This document shows positions 57,058-64,000 of a stretch of DNA of 64,000 nucleotides, piece after piece (position 1 is the first letter of the stretch; every line of letters begins with the position of its first letter). Below the pieces are notes generated by a model, which was not told the DNA's origin, searched no databases, and saw nothing but the letters and a program-made list of their open reading frames with translations. This DNA is from an uncultured Eubacteriales bacterium (GTDB taxonomy: Bacteria > Acidobacteriota > Aminicenantia > Aminicenantales > Saccharicenantaceae). Location of the stretch: contig CAZZCH010000002.1 in the NCBI GenBank assembly GCA_964652895.1, positions 14,910-78,909 of the forward strand, written 5' to 3'. Made by a program: the position numbers and the translations under genes.

Positions 57058-57876
57058 ATGGAACTTGAATTCTGGGGAGTCCGCGGAACGGCGCCGGCGC
57101 CGGGAGCCGCCTGGGCCCGCTATGGCGGGCACACGATGTGTTCATCGGTCCGGGTCGGGCCCGGCGAGCACATCGTCATCGACGCGGGAACGGGCTTCCG
57201 CGAGCTGGGCGACCGGATCATGGCCGAGGGGGGGGATGGGGACATCCGGATCGACCTCTTGTTGACCCATTTCCACCTCGACCACATCATAGGGTTCCCT
57301 GTGTTCGCGCCCCTTTTCTCGCCCCGGACGTCGCTCGTCGTCCATTCCCCGGCCGGGGCCCGGGAGACGGAAAAGGCCCTGGCCGGGCTGATGGCCTACC
57401 CCTATTTTCCCCTCGGGCTCGGACGGACGGCGTCCCGAAAAGAATTTCGGGACTTCGCGCCGGGGTCTTTCGCCGGGGGCATCGCCATCTCCGCCTGCCC
57501 TCTCCACCATCCCCAGGGGAGCGTAGCCTACCGGCTCGATGCCGGTCCGACGAGTTTCGTTCTGGCCACGGACACGGAGCACCCGGAGGCGGGCATCGAC
57601 GAGCGCCTGGCCGTTTTCGTCCGCGGCGCGGAATACCTCGTCTATGACGCCACGTTCACGCCCGCGGAATACGAAGCCGAAAAAAAGGGCTGGGGCCATT
57701 CGACCTGGCTAGCTGGGACTCGGCTCGCCTCCGCCGCCCGGGTCGGGTCGCTTGTGCTCGCCCATCTCAACCCCGCCCACACCGACGACACGGTGGACCT
57801 TATCCTCGGAGAGGCACGCGGGCGGTTCCCGGCGACGCTCGCGGCGGCCAAGGGCCTCAAGCTCGGAAAGGAATGA
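57058..57876 (+). CDS. MBL-fold metallo-hydrolase (candidate cyclic-nucleotide phosphodiesterase)
   Basis: 272 aa. THFHLDH metal motif. Starts 9 nt after the cyclase and ends 3 nt before the channel gene. Confidence 0.7.
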   Translation: MELEFWGVRGTAPAPGAAWARYGGHTMCSSVRVGPGEHIVIDAGTGFRELGDRIMAEGGDGDIRIDLLLTHFHLDHIIGFPVFAPLFSPRTSLVVHSPAGARETEKALAGLMAYPYFPLGLGRTASRKEFRDFAPGSFAGGIAISACPLHHPQGSVAYRLDAGPTSFVLATDTEHPEAGIDERLAVFVRGAEYLVYDATFTPAEYEAEKKGWGHSTWLAGTRLASAARVGSLVLAHLNPAHTDDTVDLILGEARGRFPATLAAAKGLKLGKE

Positions 57877-57879
57877 GCC

Positions 57880-59499
57880 ATGGAGAAAAGCTTCTCTCCG
57901 GAGTTGACGCTATACGGGCAGATCCTCTTCGCTCTCCTCTTCATCGCGCTGGCGGGCCTGGTCATGGCCTTGCTCCGCCGAGTGTTCGTCCGGCCCGCGA
58001 CCGCCGGCACAAGAGGCGCGACCGGCTTGCCGTCCCGGCTCCTCCTTCCGGTTTCTCTCCTGGCCGCCGCCGGCCTGGCCAAGCTGCCGGTTCTCCGGAC
58101 CGCGCTTCCGCTGGGGGCGGAGTTTTTCAGGTTCGTCGACGCCGCCTTCGTCTTTTTCGTCATCTTCTTCCTCGTCCGGCTCCTCGACGGCCTCGTCCGC
58201 GTGCGTTACGAGAAGAAAGGGCGGCCGTTTCCCCTGCCCCGCGTCCTCCACGGATTTTTCCTGATCATCGTCTATATCGCGGCCGCTCTAGCCATCCTCC
58301 GCGAATTCCTCGGCTTCAACATCACACCCCTGCTGGCCGGCTCGGCCATCCTGACCGCGGTCCTCGGCCTGGCCCTCCAAGGTGTGCTCGGCAACGTCTT
58401 CTCCGGAATGTCGCTCCACTACACGAAATCCTTCGGCCGCGGCGATTGGGTCAAGATCGGGGAGACGGAAGGCCAAGTCGTGGACACGAACTGGCGAGAG
58501 ACGCGGCTCCGGGACCGGACCTCCAATATCGTCGTCATCCCCAACACTGTCGTCGCCTCGCAGACGATCGTCAATTTCTCCCTTCCAGACAGGGCCTCGG
58601 CCATCGTCCTGCCGATCAAGGTCGATTTCCTTGCCCCGCCGGCTGTGGTGGTCGAGCTTCTTCTTGAGGCGGCGAAAGAAGCTCCGAACGTCCTGGCCGC
58701 CCCCGCCCCGGCCTCCTACATCCTCAACTACGACGAGTTCGGGATAACCTACGCCCTCAAGTTCTGGATCTCCGATTTCGGGCGAAGACCCGACATCACC
58801 GGAGAGGTCGGCCGGCTCGTCTGGCACAAGCTGCGGCGGCGCGGTGTCGAGATCCCCCTCCCCGTCGAGAGCAAGCTGAGGGGCGTCCTCCGCGCCCTCC
58901 GGCCGTCGGAGGACCAAGTGGCTGAGATCGCCACGGAAAAGGAACGGAACTACCGTGACTTTTCGAAGTCGTCGTTCCTCAGCATCCAGGAGGGGGAAAA
59001 GACCGGCCAGCCGCTCCTCTCAGAATCCGAGATCCGGGAGCTCGCCTCGACGACCGAGCGCCGCCGCTTCGGCGCCGGCGAGGTTCTCTTCCGGCAGGGC
59101 GAACCGGGGGAGGTCTGCTATCTCGTCGCCGCCGGACGGGTCAAGGGCGAGATCGCCTACGAGGAGAACGGAAAGGCCTACACGACGGAGTTCACGGTCG
59201 GGCCGGGCGGGATCGTCGGCGAGATGTCGCTCTTCACGGGCATGCCGCGGACGGCCACCGTGGTCGTCGCCGACGAAGCCGAGCTCTTCGAGATCCGGGC
59301 CGGGGCCTTCGCCGCACTGCTCGCCCGCAACCCCCAGCTGGCCGAGGCGGTGGCCGAGGTCGTCAGCGGCCGGAACCGGGCGAACCTGGAGACCCTGCGG
59401 AAGGTCAAGGACCTGGCCGCCCGGGACATCGAGGCCGGCACGAACAAGACGTCCATCCTCGAATATCTGAAGAAGCTCGTCCATCTCTTCAAGCGCTGA
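57880..59499 (+). CDS. MscS-family mechanosensitive channel with a C-terminal cyclic-nucleotide-binding domain (bCNG type)
   Basis: 539 aa. MscS pore and beta domain (GNVFSGMSLHYTKSFGRGDWVKIGETEGQVVDTNWRETRL). cNMP-binding domain (FGAGEVLFRQGEPG...GEMSLFTGMPRTATV). Confidence 0.85.
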   Translation: MEKSFSPELTLYGQILFALLFIALAGLVMALLRRVFVRPATAGTRGATGLPSRLLLPVSLLAAAGLAKLPVLRTALPLGAEFFRFVDAAFVFFVIFFLVRLLDGLVRVRYEKKGRPFPLPRVLHGFFLIIVYIAAALAILREFLGFNITPLLAGSAILTAVLGLALQGVLGNVFSGMSLHYTKSFGRGDWVKIGETEGQVVDTNWRETRLRDRTSNIVVIPNTVVASQTIVNFSLPDRASAIVLPIKVDFLAPPAVVVELLLEAAKEAPNVLAAPAPASYILNYDEFGITYALKFWISDFGRRPDITGEVGRLVWHKLRRRGVEIPLPVESKLRGVLRALRPSEDQVAEIATEKERNYRDFSKSSFLSIQEGEKTGQPLLSESEIRELASTTERRRFGAGEVLFRQGEPGEVCYLVAAGRVKGEIAYEENGKAYTTEFTVGPGGIVGEMSLFTGMPRTATVVVADEAELFEIRAGAFAALLARNPQLAEAVAEVVSGRNRANLETLRKVKDLAARDIEAGTNKTSILEYLKKLVHLFKR

Positions 59500-59508
59500 G
59501 CGCCGCCT

Positions 59509-59537
59509 TGCGGAAGCGCCGCCGCTTTCGTATAATC
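59509..59537 (+). promoter_or_regulatory. Sigma70-like promoter (TTGCGG-17 nt-TATAAT) for the K+ channel gene
   Basis: TTGCGG at 59509-59514 and TATAAT at 59532-59537. Confidence 0.4.
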
Positions 59538-59560
59538 GGGGCGACGGACGCCGGAACACG

Positions 59561-60580
59561 ATGGACAGCCGCAAGCGTATCTTCATTTCCCTCGGGCTGT
59601 TCGTCGCCGTCTTCCTCATCGGCGTCGGCGGCTTCAAGATGATCGGCGGGCCCGAATGGTCCCTCCTCGACGCGGTCTACATGACCGTCATCACCGTCGG
59701 CACCGTCGGCTACGGCGAAACCCACGACCTCGGCGGGAACCCGGCCGCCCGCGTCTTCGCCGCGGCCTACATCATCCTCTCCCTGGGGACGATCGCCTTC
59801 GCCGTGACCTCGATCACCGCGTTCGTCGTCGAGGGGGAGTTCAAACGCATCCTGGGGAGGCGCAAGATGGAGAAGGACATCAGTCGGCTCAAAGGCCACG
59901 ACATCGTCTGCGGCGCGGACGAGACGGCCCAGACCATCATCCATGAGCTCCTGACGACAAAGCGCGACTTCGTCGTCGTCGAACCCGACCGGGCCAAGAT
60001 CGACAAAGCCTCGGCCGCGGCGCCCTTTCTCTTCGTCGAAGGCGACCCGGCCGACGACGAGATGCTGAAAAAGGCCGGGATCGAACGGGCTCGTGGCATC
60101 CTCCTCTCCCTGCCCACCGACGAGGCCAACCTCTTCGTCACGGTCACGGCCCGCCAGCTCAACCCCCGGATCCGGATCGTGGCCAAGGGGATCGACGTCA
60201 AGTCCCACGACAAGATGGTCCGGGCCGGGGCCGACTACGCCGTATCGCCGGCCTTCATCGGCGGTATGCGCATGGTCTCCCAGCTGGTCCGGCCGGCCGC
60301 CGTGACCTTTCTCGATATGATGCTCCGGGAGAGGGATAAGGCCTTCCGCGTCGACGAGGTTTCGGTCGGGCCCGGCTCGCCCCTGGCCGGAAAAACGCTC
60401 GCCGAGACGACGATCCGGGAGAAGCGCGAAGCGCTCCTCGTCGCCGTCAAGCGCGAGGGCGGCCCCGGCTACGTCTTCAATCCTCCGGCCGACACCGTTC
60501 TCCGGGAGAAGGACGTCCTCGTCTTCATCACGACCCCGGAGAGCCGGAAAGAGCTCGAGGGACTGGCCGGCCGCGGCTGA
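59561..60580 (+). CDS. Two-TM potassium channel with RCK (TrkA-N/TrkA-C) gating domains (MthK-like)
   Basis: 339 aa. Selectivity filter TVGTVGYGE. RCK Rossmann HDIVCGADETAQ and a TrkA-C segment. Confidence 0.85.
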   Translation: MDSRKRIFISLGLFVAVFLIGVGGFKMIGGPEWSLLDAVYMTVITVGTVGYGETHDLGGNPAARVFAAAYIILSLGTIAFAVTSITAFVVEGEFKRILGRRKMEKDISRLKGHDIVCGADETAQTIIHELLTTKRDFVVVEPDRAKIDKASAAAPFLFVEGDPADDEMLKKAGIERARGILLSLPTDEANLFVTVTARQLNPRIRIVAKGIDVKSHDKMVRAGADYAVSPAFIGGMRMVSQLVRPAAVTFLDMMLRERDKAFRVDEVSVGPGSPLAGKTLAETTIREKREALLVAVKREGGPGYVFNPPADTVLREKDVLVFITTPESRKELEGLAGRG

Positions 60581-60617
60581 TCGAGCCGGTTTTCCGCCTT
60601 CATCTCCTCCCCCGTTT

Positions 60618-60625
60618 TATAGTAT
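60618..60625 (+). promoter_or_regulatory. Possible -10 region TATAGTAT for the Gfo-cytochrome pair
   Basis: The 10-mer TATAGTATGA followed by GAGTC is shared with the rpsA promoter region (1494-1508). No convincing -35 was seen. Confidence 0.25.
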
Positions 60626-60660
60626 GATGAGTCCGCCTCGACCGAGGCAGGAGTGGTTTT

Positions 60661-62028
60661 ATGGGCATATCCAAAAAAGCGCCGGCGACAGACCGGATCA
60701 CGCGTCGCGATTTCCTCAGATCCTCGGCGACGGCCGGCCTCGGCGTCGCCCTGGCCGGGACGGCCTTCGGCCAGTCCTCTCCTCAGGCCGCGGCCGCGAA
60801 AAGCGCCGACGAGCTCCGCGTCGCCGTCATCGGCTGCGGCGCCCAGGGCCGCGTCCTCATCGAGTCGATGCTGCGCATCCCGTCAGTCCGCATCACGGCC
60901 ATCTGTGACATCTGGTCCTACAGCCGGCAGTACGCCGGGAACTACCTCAAGAAGTATGGTCACGTCGCCACCGTCTACGAGGACTATCGCGAGCTCCTTT
61001 CCGCGGAAAAGGACCTCCAGGCGGCCGTCGTCGCCTCACCCGACTGGCTCCACGCCGAACACGCCAACGCCTGCCTCCGGGCCGGGCTTCACGTCTACTG
61101 CGAAAAAGAGATGTCCAACTCGCTCGACAAGGCCCGGTCCATGGTTCGGACCGCCCGCGAAACGGGTAAGCTTCTCCAGATCGGCCACCAGCGACGCTCC
61201 AACCCGCGCTACAAGCATGCCATCGACCGCCTCATCCGCGAGCGCAGCCTCCTCGGCCGGGTGACCGCCTCCTTCGCCCAATGGAACCGGGCCAAGGCCG
61301 ACCTTCTCGGCTGGCCGGAAAAGTACGTCATCGACCAGGCCACGCTCGACAAGTACGGCTACGGATCGATGACGGAGTTCCGCAACTGGCGCTTGTTCAA
61401 GAAGTTCGGCGGCGGCCCCATGGTCGACCTAGGCTCCCATCAGATCGACCTCTTCAGCTGGGTGCATGGTGTGCCCCCGAAGTCGGTCGTGGCCAGCGGC
61501 GGCCTCGACTACTACAAGAGCTGGGAATGGTACGACAACGTCATGGCCATCTACGAATTCGAGACGAAGGAAGGGACGACCCGGGCTTTTTACCAGGTCC
61601 AGACGACGACCCAGCACGGCGGCTTCTACGAAACGTTCATGGGCGAGAACGGCTCGCTCGTCCTGTCCGAGATCCCCCAGCGCGGCAACTGGGCCATGCG
61701 CGAGCCCCACGCCCCGGAATGGGATTCCCTGGCCAAGGCCGGCCTCCTCGAGTCCGAGAGCGTGCCCATCCAGAAGTCGACGACGAAGAACGTCTATGTC
61801 GACGTCCGGGTGACGGCCGAGGCCGGACGCTGGCCGCTTCCCGTGGAGCTGGCCAAGCCGGCCCACCAGCCGCATCTCGAGAACTTCTTCGACGCCGTGC
61901 GGCACGGGACGCCGCTCAACTGTCCGGCCGAACTGGCCTACGAATCCTGCGTCGCCGTGCTCAAGGCCAACGAGGCCGTCAAGGCCCGCCGGATCGTGGA
62001 GTTCCGCCCGGAGCAGTTCAAAGCATGA
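60661..62028 (+). CDS. Tat-signal Gfo/Idh/MocA family oxidoreductase (third periplasmic copy)
   Basis: ITRRDFLRSSATAGLGVALAG signal. LRVAVIGCGAQG Rossmann and CEKEMS motif. ATGA overlap with the downstream cytochrome gene. Confidence 0.8.
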   Translation: MGISKKAPATDRITRRDFLRSSATAGLGVALAGTAFGQSSPQAAAAKSADELRVAVIGCGAQGRVLIESMLRIPSVRITAICDIWSYSRQYAGNYLKKYGHVATVYEDYRELLSAEKDLQAAVVASPDWLHAEHANACLRAGLHVYCEKEMSNSLDKARSMVRTARETGKLLQIGHQRRSNPRYKHAIDRLIRERSLLGRVTASFAQWNRAKADLLGWPEKYVIDQATLDKYGYGSMTEFRNWRLFKKFGGGPMVDLGSHQIDLFSWVHGVPPKSVVASGGLDYYKSWEWYDNVMAIYEFETKEGTTRAFYQVQTTTQHGGFYETFMGENGSLVLSEIPQRGNWAMREPHAPEWDSLAKAGLLESESVPIQKSTTKNVYVDVRVTAEAGRWPLPVELAKPAHQPHLENFFDAVRHGTPLNCPAELAYESCVAVLKANEAVKARRIVEFRPEQFKA

Positions 62029-64000
62029 GCCGCGCCGGACGATACGCCGTCGGAGCTTTGGGCTTGGCGCTCGCCGTCTCGGCCCTCGCCTCGGCCGGCC
62101 CCGACGCGGCCGCGGGCCAGGATGCCAAACACGCCGTCTGGGACGGCAATCGGACGACGCCGGCCCACCTCATCCCGCTTCGCGACGAGAACGACGAGCC
62201 CATCATCCCGACCGAAACGGACCCCCTGCCGTTTTCGGTCCGCTTCACCTGCGGCCCGTGCCACGATTACAAGACGATCCAGGGCGGGTGGCATTTCAAC
62301 GCCATGACCGCGACGAAGAGCGGCCGGTCCGGCGAACCCTGGCTGCAAGTCGACCCGAAGACGGGGACGATCCTGCCCCTCTCGTACAGGAAGTGGGCGG
62401 GAACCTTCGACCCCATGGCTCTCGGCCTCACGACCTGGGATTTCACACTGCTCTTCGGCCGGCATTTCCCCGGCGGAGGCCCGGCCGAGCCCCCGGACGA
62501 GGAAGTCCTGGCCGAGCCCGCGTCCCGCTGGAGCGTTTCCGGAAAGGCCGAAATGAACTGCCTGGCCTGCCACAACAAATCGGGACGACAGGACCCCAGC
62601 GAGTGGGCCAAACAGGTTCTCCGCGAAAACCTGCGCTGGGCGGCCACGGCGGCCGGCGGCGTCGGCGAGGTCGGCGGCATGGCCTCCCGTCTCAAGGGAA
62701 CTTGGGACATCTACGACGGGCCCAACCTCGACGACCACGAATGGGCCGTCGTTCCGTCCGTCAAGTACAGGACCGTCGACTTCGACTCCAAGCACCGGAT
62801 CTTCTTCGACCTCAATTATCCGCCGTCGGACGACCGCTGCCTGGCCTGCCACTCGGTCTCGCCCGTGGACGCCGCCCAGTGGAGCGCGGACGCCGACGTC
62901 CACTCGACGGCCGGCCTGAAGTGCACCGATTGCCACAGGAACAACCTCGGCCACGCCATCGTCCGCGGCTACGAGGGCGAGGCGGCCGAGACCGGGAACA
63001 CGACGGCGGAATCCTTCACCTGCCGGGGCTGTCATCTCGGCGAGAACGCGGCGGGCGAGAAGTCGGTCGTACCGGGCCGGCTCGGCGCGCCCTTCCCCAA
63101 GCACACCGGCCTGCCGCTCGTCCACTTCAAACGGCTCGCTTGCACGGTCTGCCACTCGGGGCCGAAACCGACGGACGGCTTCACGCGGGTCAGGACGTCG
63201 CGGGCCAACCGGCTCGGCATCTACGGAGTGGCGAAATGGTCGACGGACCTGCCCGCGGTCATCGAACCTGTTTATGCCAAGGACGCCCGTCATAAGATCT
63301 CTCCGCACCGGCTCGTCTGGCCGGCCTTTTGGGCGAAGATAAGCGGGGAAGAGGCCGTCCCGCTCAAGCCGGAGGACGTCGAGGCCGCCGCGGGCGACAT
63401 CCTCAAGCCCGAGGAACGGATCGCCGGGATCCTCATCGCCCTCAGCCAGGTCATGGCCGAGGACGAAACGCCGGTGCTCGTCTCGGGCCGGTTCGTATTC
63501 GCCCCGAACGTGGACGGCGGGATCGACGCGTCGGAACGGGCGGGGGCCAAGGCGGACACGCCGGCCCTTTGGGGCATCGGGAAAGGCGGGGACGTTCTGC
63601 CGCTCGTTCCGAAGTTCGACCCGGACGCGGCCGACAAGGATCCTGCGGTCGAGACGAGGCTCCTGGAGTTCCTCCAGGCGCTGGGCACGGTCCCAGGCGC
63701 CCCGGGCCAACCCGTCATCATCGTCAAGAAGACGCTCTACCGGCTCGTCGACGGGTTTCTCGACATGTCGGAGGCGCCGCCCGAGTTCGCCGGGGCGGCC
63801 GGGCCCGGCTGGCTGGCCGAAGGGACATTGGCCCCGCTCGCCTCGGACTTCGACATCCGAACGGTGACAGCCAAAGCCGGGACCGAACAGACGCTGACCG
63901 AGGAGCAGGTCCGTCTCGTTCTCGAGGCGCTCGCCCGATCGGGAGAGAGATCCGATCTCGTCTACATCTCGGGCGGCCGGATGTTCCGGCTCGGCAAGGA
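62025..64000 (+). CDS. Secreted multiheme c-type cytochrome (partial; runs off the right edge)
   Basis: Open frame from the ATG at 62025 to the window end, which is why the ORF track omits it. Signal peptide MSRAGRYAVGALGLALAVSALASA. Six CxxCH motifs: CGPCH 62250, CLACH 62559, CLACH 62838, CTDCH 62922, CRGCH 63021, CTVCH 63141. Confidence 0.75.
   Translation, partial: MSRAGRYAVGALGLALAVSALASAGPDAAAGQDAKHAVWDGNRTTPAHLIPLRDENDEPIIPTETDPLPFSVRFTCGPCHDYKTIQGGWHFNAMTATKSGRSGEPWLQVDPKTGTILPLSYRKWAGTFDPMALGLTTWDFTLLFGRHFPGGGPAEPPDEEVLAEPASRWSVSGKAEMNCLACHNKSGRQDPSEWAKQVLRENLRWAATAAGGVGEVGGMASRLKGTWDIYDGPNLDDHEWAVVPSVKYRTVDFDSKHRIFFDLNYPPSDDRCLACHSVSPVDAAQWSADADVHSTAGLKCTDCHRNNLGHAIVRGYEGEAAETGNTTAESFTCRGCHLGENAAGEKSVVPGRLGAPFPKHTGLPLVHFKRLACTVCHSGPKPTDGFTRVRTSRANRLGIYGVAKWSTDLPAVIEPVYAKDARHKISPHRLVWPAFWAKISGEEAVPLKPEDVEAAAGDILKPEERIAGILIALSQVMAEDETPVLVSGRFVFAPNVDGGIDASERAGAKADTPALWGIGKGGDVLPLVPKFDPDAADKDPAVETRLLEFLQALGTVPGAPGQPVIIVKKTLYRLVDGFLDMSEAPPEFAGAAGPGWLAEGTLAPLASDFDIRTVTAKAGTEQTLTEEQVRLVLEALARSGERSDLVYISGGRMFRLGK

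Noticed and set aside
61938-63710. 590-aa minus-strand ORF at the right end
   Set aside because: It is antisense to the open-ended plus frame that carries a signal peptide and six CxxCH motifs. Its composition is that of a GC artefact.

Overview
Visibly GC-rich chromosomal segment (roughly two-thirds G+C by eye, not computed). Gene content resembles Acidobacteriota or Aminicenantes-type genomes, but the taxon cannot be determined from this window. I support about 50 protein-coding genes. No rRNA, tRNA, CRISPR array, transposase or integrase was seen. Layout, left to right:
- Housekeeping block: scpA, scpB, rpsA, an IHF/HU-like gene, a HIT protein and a PpiD-like chaperone.
- Peptide and amino-acid scavenging genes: a decayed OPT transporter, an M29-like aminopeptidase, a PatB/MalY C-S lyase, a three-domain kinase-M23-aminotransferase fusion next to an APC permease, a POT transporter, isoaspartyl dipeptidase with an NhaC-type carrier, and an S9 peptidase.
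- A minus-strand operon in which a malectin-containing glycoside-hydrolase-like protein is coupled to an Mla/MCE-type ABC system.
- An orphan hicB beside a deleted hicA.
- A GAF sigma54 activator.
- An 8-kb cluster of Tat-signal Gfo/Idh/MocA oxidoreductases, xylose-isomerase-like TIM barrels and a secreted HEAT-repeat protein.
- A cyclic-nucleotide module: CHASE2 cyclase, MBL hydrolase, a cNMP-binding MscS channel and an RCK K+ channel.
- At the right edge, a further Tat-signal Gfo/Idh/MocA gene translationally coupled to a multiheme cytochrome c that the ORF track does not list.
Most long ORFs antisense to these genes are GC-driven artefacts. The observations I rank highest:
- A two-copy G-rich structured element whose stems change in a compensatory way.
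- A family of GGGAC-N-GTCCC palindromes, one copy lying in frame inside the cyclase gene.
- The kinase-M23-aminotransferase fusion.
- The periplasmic Gfo/TIM/HEAT cluster and the Gfo-cytochrome pair.
- A single in-frame TGA, at what I recall as a conserved Trp, in a DUF853 ATPase.
All family calls rest on motifs read from the translations and on memory. No searches were run.
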